The notes: generated by a model not told the origin, from the letters alone. A DNA stretch of 64,000 nt from Candidatus Parcubacteria bacterium (GCA_963814275.1 CAWFCE010000002.1:1131263-1195262); one strand, 5' to 3'; shown: positions 27,893 through 37,680, counted from the first letter of the stretch. Numbers and translations: made by a program.

Positions 27893-28120
27893 TTATTCCC
27901 TGTTCCTAAATACTTTGAAGAAATAATAGATCGCCGTGAAAATATTGAGAAATATGAAAAGCGCGAGCCAGACTTGTTTACCGGCCGCGGGTAACCGGTC
28001 ATTTTTGACCATATCCGAAAACATCCACGCCCAGAAAAACAGCAAAGGCAGAATTACGATGGTCGCTATTAATTGTGGCAAAATATTTGGCATAATTTTC
28101 TGACAGGACACCTTAGCCAT
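27893..28120 (-). CDS. Small membrane protein, PLDc_N-like (cardiolipin synthase N-terminal domain family)
   Basis: Two TM helices. FFWAWMFSDMVKND and VWLALFIFLNIFTAIYYFF pattern. Alternative ATG at 28093. Confidence 0.55.
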   Translation of the reverse strand: MAKVSCQKIMPNILPQLIATIVILPLLFFWAWMFSDMVKNDRLPAAGKQVWLALFIFLNIFTAIYYFFKVFRNRE

Positions 28121-28230
28121 CCTTCACGGCACTAACCACCATTTAAGCGGCGTGCCGCGAGATGCGCTTTACGTAAGCTTTCCTTCACGGCACTAACCAC
28201 CATTTAAGCGGCGTGCCGCGAGATGCGCTT
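28120..28230. repeat. Tandem direct repeat, 2 x 50 bp with 61-bp period
   Basis: TCCTTCACGGCACTAACCACCATTTAAGCGGCGTGCCGCGAGATGCGCTT at 28120-28169 and identically at 28181-28230. Confidence 0.9.
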
Positions 28231-28245
28231 GCGCATTTTTCGCGG

Positions 28246-28316
28246 CTCGGGGGAAGGGAATCGAACCCCTATTGACGGGACCAAAACCCGCTGTCCTACC
28301 GTTAGACGACCCCCGA
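28246..28316 (-). tRNA. tRNA-Gln (UUG)
   Basis: Cloverleaf with acceptor TCGGGGG/CCCCCGA (U1-A72), anticodon loop TTTTGGT and T-loop TTCGATT. No encoded CCA. Confidence 0.9.
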
Positions 28317-28475
28317 AGAAATCAAATTCCGAATGACGAATTACGAATGTCGAATCACTTTATAAAATCAAAAAAAGCCAAGTCTATTGGCATTTCATAT
28401 TTTAACCTATTGTTGGTGAATTGTAAAGTAAAATACGTAACAAATCGAAAATCGAAAATTGCCATTCGAAAATTG

Positions 28476-29387
28476 TCAGACTCTGGAATATTTCCTGACC
28501 GCTAATTGGCTGGCGATGATATTGACCAGGGCGACACCAAGGAATTGCAATCCGAAAATAGATAATACATTGCCGTAGAAATAATCTGGCAAATTTACGT
28601 TATAGCCGACAAAAAATGTTTCCAGATAAGGTTGAAGCAGGCGAATAAAAGGATAAAATACGGCCATGATCGCCAGGATGCCCACGAATGTATAGATCAC
28701 GCCCGACAACAGGTACGGCATCTGGATGAACCAACGTGATGCGCCGACCAGGCGCATGATCATTATTTCCCGGCGATGGGTATAGATCGCCACCCGGACC
28801 GAATTATAAACGACAAGGATGGTAATCAAAATGAATATTCCGGAAAGGAACATGGCAGCGCGGCTGACTTTGTCGGTGATCGAATTGATCTTTCCCAACA
28901 TCGTCTTGTAATTCGTAAAATTGCGCGATTCGATTATCGCATCGTCAAATCCGTTTATCTTATTGATCAAATTGTCGAATGCATCCAGGTTTACCGGCCT
29001 GATAACCAGGCTTGGGGCCAGCGGATTAGTGCCTAATTCGCGCAATGCTTCCAAAAGTTCCGGATTGGACCGATGTGATGTATTGAAGCTATCGAGCGCT
29101 TCGCCTTTCGAAATATATACGACCTCCTTTACTTCGCTCATATTGCTTATCTTCCCCTTCAGCGCCAAAATTTCCTCCTCGGGCGCATCGGATTTAAGGA
29201 AAAGGTTGATATCGATCTTTTCCTTTATCGCATTTACGGCAGTTTCGCCCACTACTTTAATGACCAAAAGCATGTTGACGGTAAACAGCGCCAAAATCAG
29301 GATGATAATCGTAACCAAAGACAGCCAGATATTCCTGCCGATATCCTGCAGACTGAATTTAAATACCCTGATGATTGATAAAAACAT
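28476..29387 (-). CDS. ftsX: Cell division permease FtsX
   Basis: MFLSIIRVFKFSLQDIGRNIWLSL N-terminus, 4 TM helices with a large periplasmic loop. Track start 29417 is a TTG; ATG at 29387. Confidence 0.88.
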   Translation of the reverse strand: MFLSIIRVFKFSLQDIGRNIWLSLVTIIILILALFTVNMLLVIKVVGETAVNAIKEKIDINLFLKSDAPEEEILALKGKISNMSEVKEVVYISKGEALDSFNTSHRSNPELLEALRELGTNPLAPSLVIRPVNLDAFDNLINKINGFDDAIIESRNFTNYKTMLGKINSITDKVSRAAMFLSGIFILITILVVYNSVRVAIYTHRREIMIMRLVGASRWFIQMPYLLSGVIYTFVGILAIMAVFYPFIRLLQPYLETFFVGYNVNLPDYFYGNVLSIFGLQFLGVALVNIIASQLAVRKYSRV

Positions 29388-29520
29388 ATAATATATAACG
29401 CAAATCTGATATATCAAATTACTAACGTAAGAATAATTCCACTAACATTCTATCTCTTTACCGCTGATTTTACGCGGATGCACGGACATTGCGGCAAATT
29501 ATGCTTTGCATTTTAAAAAA

Positions 29521-30201
29521 CTATAACACATACTTTCCGACTTCCTGGTCGCTGACGACCCGGCCGTTATCGATCGCCACCACCCGGCGCCGCAGACGGT
29601 TGACGATCTCGCGGTTATGGGTGACCAGTATGACAGTGGTGCCGAATTTATTGATGCGCAACAGTAATTCGATAATTTCATGGGCATTCAAAGAGTCAAG
29701 ATTCCCCGTCGGCTCGTCCGCCAAGAGGATCTTGGGCCGATGCACCAGGGCGCGGGCAATCGCCGCGCGCTGCTGCTCGCCGCCAGACACCTCCTGCGGA
29801 TAACGTTCCATCTTCGTTTCCAATCCGACGATCTTCATGACATGAGGTACTATTTTCCTGATCTTCCTGGGATGACCGCCGCAGACCTGCATCGCAAAGG
29901 CTACGTTTTCGAACAAGGTTTTTTTGGGCAAGAGCTTGAAATCCTGAAAAATAACGCCAATCTGCCGGCGCAATACCGGTATTTCCCTCTGTCCGATGTC
30001 GGTGATATCCCAGCCGCCAACCACGATCTTGCCCTGATCAACCCGTTCTTCACTGATCAAGGTTTTGACCAGGGTAGTTTTGCCGGTCCCTGACTGTCCG
30101 ACGATCGAGACGAATTCTCCCGGCTTAATGTGCAAATTCACCCAGTCAAGCGCTTTCACGTTCTTGGGATATATTTTGGATACGTTATAATATTTGATCA
30201 T
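29521..30201 (-). CDS. ftsE: Cell division ATP-binding protein FtsE
   Basis: Walker A GQSGTGKTT, signature VSGGEQQR, Walker B ILLADEPTGNLD. Confidence 0.93.
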   Translation of the reverse strand: MIKYYNVSKIYPKNVKALDWVNLHIKPGEFVSIVGQSGTGKTTLVKTLISEERVDQGKIVVGGWDITDIGQREIPVLRRQIGVIFQDFKLLPKKTLFENVAFAMQVCGGHPRKIRKIVPHVMKIVGLETKMERYPQEVSGGEQQRAAIARALVHRPKILLADEPTGNLDSLNAHEIIELLLRINKFGTTVILVTHNREIVNRLRRRVVAIDNGRVVSDQEVGKYVL

Positions 30202-30282
30202 TGCTTTCTGCTAATTTACGAATTGCTGGATAAGCATAATTGCTATTTAATATGTTCGCGTTTTAATCGGCGCAACCGGTTA

Positions 30283-31938
30283 TTAAGTCCCGTTAGCAAT
30301 TTCGGATTGCCTGATGCTATACTGTATCAAGCGGCTGGTATCGCGGAAACTTCCGTCTCTTGTCTTGGCGCCCATAGTGACGACAATCAATTTTTCTCCG
30401 CCGGACTCCGCCCTGGTCATCAGACAATAGCCGGCTTCGTCCAGATATCCGGTTTTTGATCCGGTTATAGTGTATTTATTTTGGGCGATGATCTTATCGG
30501 TATTCTTAATTTTATGGTATTTTTGCAAATTGACGGTCGTGAACACGTATTCCGGCATCGTACTGGCCTTGACGATGATCGGATGCTTCAGCGCCTCCCT
30601 ACTTATTATAGCATAATCCAGGGCAGAACTCACGTTTTCCGGTGCCAGGCCGGTCGGTTCGATGAAATGAGTGCTGCTGGCCCCCCAATCCGCCACTTGC
30701 GCGTTCATTCTGGATATGAATTCCGCCCGGTCAAGCCCGCTTACCCGGACCAGGGTCTCGATCGTATTATTGGTCGAACCAACCAGTGAAACATATACCA
30801 GATCTTCGATCGTCAGCGATTCACCGTCCGAAAGCGCTAAACGCGCCGACTCCCATTTATTCACATACCGATAATTATATTCCTCATCAGCCAGGGAGTA
30901 TGTGACCACCCGGCTCAAAGTCGGATTAGTATCAAGAAACACTTTGACGGCGATCAATTTGGTTAAACTGGCCAGCGGCAGAGTGGCTGTCGCATGCGCG
31001 GCATAGTATATTTCACCCGTTCCTTCATTCATCGCGATTGCGGAGGCGAAATCCAAAACCGGTTCCTCTCCCATGCCGGCGTTAGGCACTCCCACCACCT
31101 TCCCGTCGGCGTCAGGGGCGATATAAAGGGGTTCCACGGCCACATCCACCATCCCTTCGGACAAATTCGCGATTTTCAAGAATGCCTGTTTATCCAAATC
31201 TACTACCCGATCGGGATGCAATCCGCGATCCGGGCCGTAATCGTTCACGACCACATCGACAAACTTGCCGTTCTCCCGATTTGTCACCCGCAGGCGCGAG
31301 TCTTTGGGGAAATCCGGCGAGGCGGTATAATTTCCGGATTTGTAGGTGTACCAACTGGCTCGCCCGGCCGTCAAAATATCGGGATAAGAAAAAACCGCGA
31401 TTCGGGCAAACGGCAAATGGATCAGCGAACGGACAAATTTATCATCGGGGAAATCCCTGGTCGGCAACGGACGCCATCCGCCGGTGCCTTTGTCATAGAA
31501 AAATACTTGCTTGAAATCCGGATCTTCACGGTCGTAAGAAATCTGTATATAGAACGGCTTATCATCGTCGTAAGCCGATTTATTGCGGAATTCGAACTGA
31601 TATACCGGGCTGATCAGATCGAGATTCCAGGGCATGGGAAGCGGTTCATTCAGCTCAAGTACGTCAACACCGGTGGCGTCGGACAAAATGCCCGGAACCA
31701 ATGATAACTTGATCTTATCTTCAAAAGCGGCCACGGTATAACCTCTGGCAATCGTCGCTGCGTCGAGATTAACGTGATATTCACGATTACCGGCGGCTTC
31801 ACCGATATCCGCCAAAGCTATTTGCGCCCGATACCCAAGATCAGGCAAAAATAAGGTAATTCCGGATATCAGGAGCAATAATATTACTAATTTAGGATAT
31901 ATTTTACCCATCATTTGACTTATTGTTAATTTTAACAA
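30283..31938 (-). CDS. Secreted fusion: RlpA-like DPBB domain + S11 D-alanyl-D-alanine carboxypeptidase
   Basis: GRASWYTYKSGNYTA..VVVNDYGP (RlpA-like), then SLTK (SxxK), GSTN (SxN) and KTG motifs. Confidence 0.82.
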   Translation of the reverse strand: MLKLTISQMMGKIYPKLVILLLLISGITLFLPDLGYRAQIALADIGEAAGNREYHVNLDAATIARGYTVAAFEDKIKLSLVPGILSDATGVDVLELNEPLPMPWNLDLISPVYQFEFRNKSAYDDDKPFYIQISYDREDPDFKQVFFYDKGTGGWRPLPTRDFPDDKFVRSLIHLPFARIAVFSYPDILTAGRASWYTYKSGNYTASPDFPKDSRLRVTNRENGKFVDVVVNDYGPDRGLHPDRVVDLDKQAFLKIANLSEGMVDVAVEPLYIAPDADGKVVGVPNAGMGEEPVLDFASAIAMNEGTGEIYYAAHATATLPLASLTKLIAVKVFLDTNPTLSRVVTYSLADEEYNYRYVNKWESARLALSDGESLTIEDLVYVSLVGSTNNTIETLVRVSGLDRAEFISRMNAQVADWGASSTHFIEPTGLAPENVSSALDYAIISREALKHPIIVKASTMPEYVFTTVNLQKYHKIKNTDKIIAQNKYTITGSKTGYLDEAGYCLMTRAESGGEKLIVVTMGAKTRDGSFRDTSRLIQYSIRQSEIANGT

Positions 31939-31944
31939 TATAAT
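31915..31944 (+). promoter_or_regulatory. Sigma-70 promoter for the tRNA-Gly/tRNA-Thr unit
   Basis: TTGACT (31915-31920), 18 nt, TATAAT (31939-31944). Confidence 0.6.
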
Positions 31945-32055
31945 TATAACATACTTTGTGGGGATAAGGTATCACCGCTTTTATTTGGGCAAATTACACC
32001 CGCACCGCATTTTGGATATACGCGGGATCAGTTCGTCCCTTCCCGCCGCAAATCA

Positions 32056-32127
32056 GCAGGTGTCGTATAATGGTTATTACATCAGCTTCCCAAGCTGAAT
32101 ACGGCGGTTCGATTCCGCTCACCTGCT
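32056..32127 (+). tRNA. tRNA-Gly (CCC)
   Basis: Acceptor GCAGGTG/CACCTGC, anticodon loop TTCCCAA, T-loop TTCGATT, discriminator U. Confidence 0.88.
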
Positions 32128-32303
32128 CAGCTCGGTTCATATCCTAATTGGCTAATCGCCACTTTGAACATTAGCTCGGCGCAGGCGCAGTACAACATAA
32201 AAAATAAAGTCGTAATTTCCTGAACCTGTCGAATGATAGATATATATGGCTTAATAACAAATCAAAATAATCAATTGAAAATCTGAAATCGAATTTTGCA
32301 TAG

Positions 32304-32376
32304 GCCGGAGTAGCTCAGCTGGTAGAGCAATGCTTTCGTAAAGCAGAGGTCACGAGTTCAAGTCTCGTCTCCGGCT
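32304..32376 (+). tRNA. tRNA-Thr (CGU)
   Basis: Acceptor GCCGGAG/CTCCGGC, D-arm GCTCAGCTGGTAGAGC, anticodon loop TTCGTAA, T-loop TTCAAGT. Confidence 0.88.
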
Positions 32377-32440
32377 CAGAATTCAATATAATACACTATA
32401 CAGCAAGCAACTGACCAATCGAATCCACCAATATTGAGTC

Positions 32441-32480
32441 AAAAAAGCCGCCCCAATCCAGTATGGGCGGCTTTTATTTT
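32441..32480. terminator. Bidirectional rho-independent terminator
   Basis: A6, AGCCGCCC, 11-nt loop, GGGCGGCT, then TTTTATTTT. Confidence 0.8.
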
Positions 32481-32482
32481 TA

Positions 32483-34087
32483 TCAATCAACCAGGCTCCA
32501 CATTCGATAATTCAATATGGCATCATTCAAATAATTATCGAGGTTCCTGGCCTTAACCATAACATAACTCAAATATAAGTTGTCCCCTCTTCGATCGTAA
32601 CAGCGGAATATATAATACCCGTCATCGTTATAAACGATTTGGCTGAAATCGTTTTTTTGCAAACCGCTGATTTGACCATAAAAATCATATTGGTCTTTGT
32701 TGCCGGCGGTAATATTCAACTGTCCCTGTTCGTCGCCGTAGCGGTTTGCTACGGCGGCAAAGTCGTTGCCGGTATTTATCAAATCAAAAATTTTGCCGAT
32801 TCTTTTGATCCCGACCTGATTTATCGCTTGATCCCGGATCACATATGGCAGCAAAGTGGAAGCGATTTTGTCGTCAACCTTACCGGCCAATTGTCCGGCT
32901 ATGCCATAACGTGCCGCCAGATCCTCAACTAAGAGATTTTTGATCACCGCCACCTTGGCGTCCCGGTCGATATTTTCCGGATCGCTCGTAGTATCGACGA
33001 TCGCGCTTCTGATATCTTCGTATGTATAATAATCTATTATGCCTTGCGGGGTTATAAGTGCCGGTATCGGTACAAAAGAATTGATCTGACGTAAAATTTT
33101 GTTGTCAAAACGGTATTCCAGAATAACTATAACCAGGATCGTGTATAAAAAAATGAATAAAGTGATGCAAGCCAGCAATAGAGAAAAAGCTTTCTTAAAA
33201 TTATGGCGCAAATGGTGAAGAAAAAACAATGAACCCTCTTTAATGCCGTTAAGGGTTTTGCGGAATTTCTCCCTACTTTTGGTTCTTCGCTCGGCTCTTG
33301 TCTTTTGTTTGATGGCTTTTTCCTTTTTTCTTCTTTCCTGCTCGGCTAGGCGCTCCCTTTCCTTGGTTTTACGCGCTTCCTCCTTCGCCTGGGCCCGGCG
33401 TTTCTCCTCCCGCTCCTTCGCTTGACGCGCCTTTTTATCTTCCCTGGCCTGGCGTTTCTCCTCCCGCTCCTTCGCTTCCTGCTCCTGCTTTTCTTGTTCA
33501 AGGATTTTTTTCTTATTTTCCTCTTCATGCTGAATTTTTTCCGCGACCAGAGGATGCTGAAAAGGATTTATATGCGACACAGAATCTATTTGCGCGGATT
33601 TTGATTTCGTTTCATTCGGCGCATTTTTTGTATCCGGTTCTGGATTGGCACTGCTGGTTTTTATGGGCATTTCTTTTCCGCTTTTTCTTTCCGGCTGCCG
33701 CGCCGTGACTTCGGCGGGAAGTTCATGGGGATGAAGCAGATTATCAGCCGGTATATCCGTATTGCCCCTGGGAACGGCCGGGGAGATAATTTTCTGGATT
33801 TCTTCCTGCCAGCGCTTCCTGGGTTTTGGGGCATAAACCTTAACCTCCGGCGCTTTTTCCGGCCGTGGCATATCCTTGCGTGAGACCGTTGAGGCACTTG
33901 GCAATATTGCGGTATTTGGTTCCTTTATTCCGTCTACCGTCGCGGACGTCAAAACAGGCCCGCTCCCGGCCGCCGCCTCGCGCTTTTTATTTTCACCGAT
34001 AGAATCAAGAACCAATTTCCTTGATTTCTCCAATTCTTCTCGGTTTAATTTTTTAATTCCATCAACTTTATTCGTTGAACTGCCCAT
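32483..34087 (-). CDS. Membrane-anchored protein with K/E/R-rich repeat region and C-terminal parvulin-like (PpiC) domain
   Basis: Central TM helix (LLACITLFIFLYTILVIVIL), an 18-aa AKEREEKR repeat, and a degenerate rotamase-like GNDFAAVANRYGDE...GYYIF. Confidence 0.5.
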   Translation of the reverse strand: MGSSTNKVDGIKKLNREELEKSRKLVLDSIGENKKREAAAGSGPVLTSATVDGIKEPNTAILPSASTVSRKDMPRPEKAPEVKVYAPKPRKRWQEEIQKIISPAVPRGNTDIPADNLLHPHELPAEVTARQPERKSGKEMPIKTSSANPEPDTKNAPNETKSKSAQIDSVSHINPFQHPLVAEKIQHEEENKKKILEQEKQEQEAKEREEKRQAREDKKARQAKEREEKRRAQAKEEARKTKERERLAEQERRKKEKAIKQKTRAERRTKSREKFRKTLNGIKEGSLFFLHHLRHNFKKAFSLLLACITLFIFLYTILVIVILEYRFDNKILRQINSFVPIPALITPQGIIDYYTYEDIRSAIVDTTSDPENIDRDAKVAVIKNLLVEDLAARYGIAGQLAGKVDDKIASTLLPYVIRDQAINQVGIKRIGKIFDLINTGNDFAAVANRYGDEQGQLNITAGNKDQYDFYGQISGLQKNDFSQIVYNDDGYYIFRCYDRRGDNLYLSYVMVKARNLDNYLNDAILNYRMWSLVD

Positions 34088-34090
34088 AAT

Positions 34091-34528
34091 TTATTGTTTG
34101 AAAAAATAGGCCCACCATTTTTGCGCGTTTTCGACCGGCAAAAAAGGCCGCCCGAAATCACTTTCGGCGGGAAAGCTGGCGATGGATATTCCGGCTGGCG
34201 TTCCATCTGTGATAACGGAGTTGTCCATACCCTTGATTACCGCTACTTCTTCCCCGTCTTTTTTATAATTTAAATTTTCCCGCGCCTGTTCTTCAACATA
34301 AAAATCAGACTGCAGGTAAGCAATCATATCTTTTAGCTCGGTCCCTTTTGATTCCAAGTCGGATATCTCGCGGCGCAGACCGTCGATCTCCCGGCCCACC
34401 TCGCGATGCTGGGTTAATTTTTTGAACAAGGGGTAGCATATCGCCAATAGAACGATACTGCTTATTATCGCGACATACATCGGTTTACGGCTAATCTTCT
34501 TTGATGAATATTTTTTGCTTGTTATCAT
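34091..34528 (-). CDS. Septum formation initiator (FtsB/DivIC-like)
   Basis: N-terminal TM helix plus coiled coil REIDGLRREISDLESKGTELKDMIAYLQSDFYVEEQARENLNY. Confidence 0.68.
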   Translation of the reverse strand: MITSKKYSSKKISRKPMYVAIISSIVLLAICYPLFKKLTQHREVGREIDGLRREISDLESKGTELKDMIAYLQSDFYVEEQARENLNYKKDGEEVAVIKGMDNSVITDGTPAGISIASFPAESDFGRPFLPVENAQKWWAYFFKQ

Positions 34529-37236
34529 AGCGCGTGCCGGCGGTTTCGGCGATAATTCACATTAAATATTATCTTGACGAATTCGATCAGGAATAAGTTA
34601 AAAAACACTATTAACAATATAAGCAACCAGGCCCATAGCCCCAAAGGCACCGTAGACAACAGACGATTGATCGGCGGCCAGTAAATACCCGCCAGAAGTA
34701 ATATTAAACTGGCCCCTACCGCGTAATTCAAATAACGGTTCGAAAACGGATTATAATGCCATATCGGCTGGCTAAGATTACGGATGCTGTATATTGTCGC
34801 TAGGGATTTCACGCCCAAGGTTGCGAATATGAAGGTTATGATATATTGTAGCATCTCAGAGGACTCACGCCAATGCCACCACAACATATAAAAAACAAAA
34901 AAAAGGAAAAAATCGCGTATCAATCCTACCCCAAAAATAATCGCTTTCATCTTGCTGTCCAGCAGGGGCTGGTCCTTGTTTATCGGCGGTTCTGTCATTA
35001 TATTGTCCTGTCCGCGTTCGAATGCCAGGGAAAAATGGGGCAAGCCGTCATTAATGATATTTATCCAAAGTATCTGGGCGGGCAGAATTGCTAACGGAGT
35101 ACCGAATATAATAGAGCCTACCACCAGGATTATTTCCGTAAAACTGTCTGAGATGAGATACGTTATGACCTTTTGAATGTTCCGGTAAATGATCCTTCCT
35201 TGTCTGATCGCTGAAACGATAGTCTTGAAATTATTATCCAAAAGAACGATATCCGATGTTTCTTTGGCAATGTCCGTTCCGGTACCGAACGAAATCCCGA
35301 TATCGGCCGCTTTCAATGCCGGAGAATCGTTTATGCCATCGCCCGTCATGGCTACCACGTCCCCATTTTTCTTCAGGGCGTTGATAATACGAAGCTTGTG
35401 CCGCGGACTTACCCGGGCGTAAATATCAATCGTTCTTGAAAGTTTTATAAGTTCGTCATCATTTATTTCATTCAGCTTTTCGCCGACTATGACATTTGCC
35501 CTTTTTGTTTTTAAACCCACTTCGCGGGCAATCGCTTTCGCGGTTAGCGGATGATCTCCGGTGATAATAATCGTCCTTATCCCGGCAGCCTGGGCGATAC
35601 TGATCGTCTCCTTGGCTTCTTGGCGCAACGGATCCTTCAAGGCGATAAAACCGATGAAATCCAGGTCGCAGTCGACCTCTTCCCAGTTCATATTGCCGTT
35701 TGTTAGATGGTCTTCGTTCGGCCGGAAAGCAAGCTCGCGCTTTGCCAGGCCGATCACTCTTAATCCCCTCTTGGTCAGCGCTTCATAAACCTCGTCCAGT
35801 CGCGCTCTTTCGGCAGTGCCCAGTGGACGTAAACTGCCGCTGTGGAGATATTTTTTCGCCTTAGACAGGAGGATTTCCGGCGCTCCTTTTTCATATAACA
35901 GATATTTCCGGAGGCCATTATGGCGGAGGCTAAGCATGAATTTTCTGTCACTGTCGAAAGGCATTTCATCAAATCTCGGCTGGGCAGCCGATAATTTCTT
36001 GCGGTTCAGGCCCGATTGGATCGCAGCAGAGAGGAGGGCGACTTCAGTCGGCGATCCGATGAACCGCCAGCTATGCAGCTCGTCTTCCGGATTTTCGATC
36101 ATCGCCGTATTGCACATCATCCCGATTTGCAAAGCCATGCTGACGGCCTGCGCCTCCTCGGGATCCTGCCTTGTACCGGGACTGCGCCAATCATATTCAT
36201 GCTCCCCGATGACAATATGGGCTACTTGCATTTTTCCCTCGGTCAGCGTACCGGTCTTATCGGAACAGATAACAGTTGTCGAACCCAGTGTTTCCGCGGC
36301 TACCAGTTTGCGCGTTAGCGCTTTCTCCTTAAGTATCCGCTGCATACCCAGCGCCAAAATAAAAGTTACCGCGACGATCAGTCCCTCCGGTATGGAGGCG
36401 ACGCCAAGGGCAACTCCGGTTTCGAGCATCAAACCGAGCGGCCGTCCCTGCCAGATACCGATTCCGATAATCAAAATACAGATTATACCGAACATCAACC
36501 CTAAAAACTTGCTGAATTTCGTCAGACGCAGCTGCAAAGGAGTTTTCTCCTCTTCGGTCACTTTCACCATTTCCGCAATTTGTCCGATTTGAGTATCACT
36601 TCCCGTGGCGGTTACGACCGCCTTGCCGACACCGCTCACGACTATGGTTCCCGAATACACCATATTTTCGCGGTCAGCCAACGCGGCTCCTTTCGGAATG
36701 TCATCGATCCGCTTGTGGGAAGGGATCGACTCGCCCGTCAACATCGCTTCGTCAACCAGCAACTCAACCGCCTCGAACACTCTGGCGTCGGCCGGTATGC
36801 GGTTGCCTGTGTTTATCATTATCACGTCGCCGACGACAACCGAAGCACTGTCGACCATAGTCTCATTACCGTCCCTTATGATATAGGCTTTATGTTCGAC
36901 CAATTGTCGTAATTTGGTAATAGAACGGTTGGCCTTATTTTCCTGAATGAAGCCGATTATGACATTGATCAATACAGCGCCGACAATAACCGCAGCTTCT
37001 TTCTCGGCAGCGGTTATGACGGATAAAACTGCGGTAAATATCAGGATATATATCAATGGGTTATTGAACTGGCGCAGCAATATCCGGTGCGCGCCGAGAA
37101 CCTTTTCTTTCGGCAGCTCATTGGGTCCGTTATGTTTAAGTGTCTTTTCCGCTTGCGCAAAGGTCAAGCCGGCCGGCTTGGATTTCAGGGCGCTAAAGCA
37201 GGCATTAACCGATAAATTGTGAAAATCGATACTCAT
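34525..37236 (-). CDS. Cation-transporting P-type ATPase (type II, Ca2+/Mg2+-like)
   Basis: CSDKTGTLT phosphorylation site, [17 protein letters not shown]. 903 aa, 10 TM helices. Confidence 0.93.
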   Translation of the reverse strand: MSIDFHNLSVNACFSALKSKPAGLTFAQAEKTLKHNGPNELPKEKVLGAHRILLRQFNNPLIYILIFTAVLSVITAAEKEAAVIVGAVLINVIIGFIQENKANRSITKLRQLVEHKAYIIRDGNETMVDSASVVVGDVIMINTGNRIPADARVFEAVELLVDEAMLTGESIPSHKRIDDIPKGAALADRENMVYSGTIVVSGVGKAVVTATGSDTQIGQIAEMVKVTEEEKTPLQLRLTKFSKFLGLMFGIICILIIGIGIWQGRPLGLMLETGVALGVASIPEGLIVAVTFILALGMQRILKEKALTRKLVAAETLGSTTVICSDKTGTLTEGKMQVAHIVIGEHEYDWRSPGTRQDPEEAQAVSMALQIGMMCNTAMIENPEDELHSWRFIGSPTEVALLSAAIQSGLNRKKLSAAQPRFDEMPFDSDRKFMLSLRHNGLRKYLLYEKGAPEILLSKAKKYLHSGSLRPLGTAERARLDEVYEALTKRGLRVIGLAKRELAFRPNEDHLTNGNMNWEEVDCDLDFIGFIALKDPLRQEAKETISIAQAAGIRTIIITGDHPLTAKAIAREVGLKTKRANVIVGEKLNEINDDELIKLSRTIDIYARVSPRHKLRIINALKKNGDVVAMTGDGINDSPALKAADIGISFGTGTDIAKETSDIVLLDNNFKTIVSAIRQGRIIYRNIQKVITYLISDSFTEIILVVGSIIFGTPLAILPAQILWINIINDGLPHFSLAFERGQDNIMTEPPINKDQPLLDSKMKAIIFGVGLIRDFFLFFVFYMLWWHWRESSEMLQYIITFIFATLGVKSLATIYSIRNLSQPIWHYNPFSNRYLNYAVGASLILLLAGIYWPPINRLLSTVPLGLWAWLLILLIVFFNLFLIEFVKIIFNVNYRRNRRHAL

Positions 37237-37270
37237 TTACAAGATAATTTTCCTTAATTTGCTCTTAGTT

Positions 37271-37284
37271 GCCGGTTTTGAATT
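37271..37284. repeat. 14-bp direct repeat, left copy
   Basis: GCCGGTTTTGAATT, identical to 37610-37623. Confidence 0.85.
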
Positions 37285-37335
37285 AAATTAATAAATATCA
37301 AAATTGACCTTCGTGCAAAAGGTAAATACATTAAT

Positions 37336-37364
37336 ATTATAACACAAACTAACTATATCCACAA
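37336..37364 (-). promoter_or_regulatory. Extended -10 promoter for the P-type ATPase gene
   Basis: On the minus strand, TTGTGG, 17 nt, then TGTTATAAT (TGn-TATAAT). About 95 nt upstream of the ATG at 37236. Confidence 0.5.
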
Positions 37365-37505
37365 AATTAACCACAAAAAAACCATTTATCAATGGTCATT
37401 TTCAATTTACATTTGCCGCCAAGAGCGGATCTTTTTGCCTATTTGCTTCGTAGGCACTTCGGATAATCATATGTATAGAATCCCGAATTCTGTTCGTTGT
37501 TAGAT

Positions 37506-37578
37506 CCTTAAAAATCCTAAATACTAAACTCTAAATTCTAAACAAATCCCAATTACCGAAATTATAAGTTATAAACAC
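37506..37578. repeat. Dispersed intergenic repeat family B, copy 2
   Basis: AAATCCTAAATACTAAACTCTAAATTCTAAACAAATCCCAATTACCGAAATTATAAGTTATAAACAC, with a 7-nt sub-periodicity. Confidence 0.65.
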
Positions 37579-37609
37579 TCCTGAATTCACCGTAAAATCT
37601 AGTTATGGC

Positions 37610-37623
37610 GCCGGTTTTGAATT
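37610..37623. repeat. 14-bp direct repeat, right copy
   Basis: GCCGGTTTTGAATT. Confidence 0.85.
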
Positions 37624-37680
37624 TGGTCATTTTTACCCCGCAAAAATGTCAGTAGAATTGTTTTGAATAAGCGTGTACAC

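Noticed and set aside
28120-28230. Tandem hairpin units read as a guanidine-II (mini-ykkC) style tandem riboswitch, or as a CRISPR fragment
   Set aside because: The loops are not ACGR tetraloops, and the downstream gene is not a guanidine-related transporter. There are only two units with an 11-nt spacer and no cas genes, so it is not a CRISPR array.
31990-32055. Possible extra tRNA or tRNA fragment upstream of tRNA-Gly (GGGATCAGTTCGTCCC..CCGCCGCA)
   Set aside because: No matching 5' acceptor strand, D-arm or canonical T-loop could be assembled. It is more likely just the leader of the tRNA transcript.
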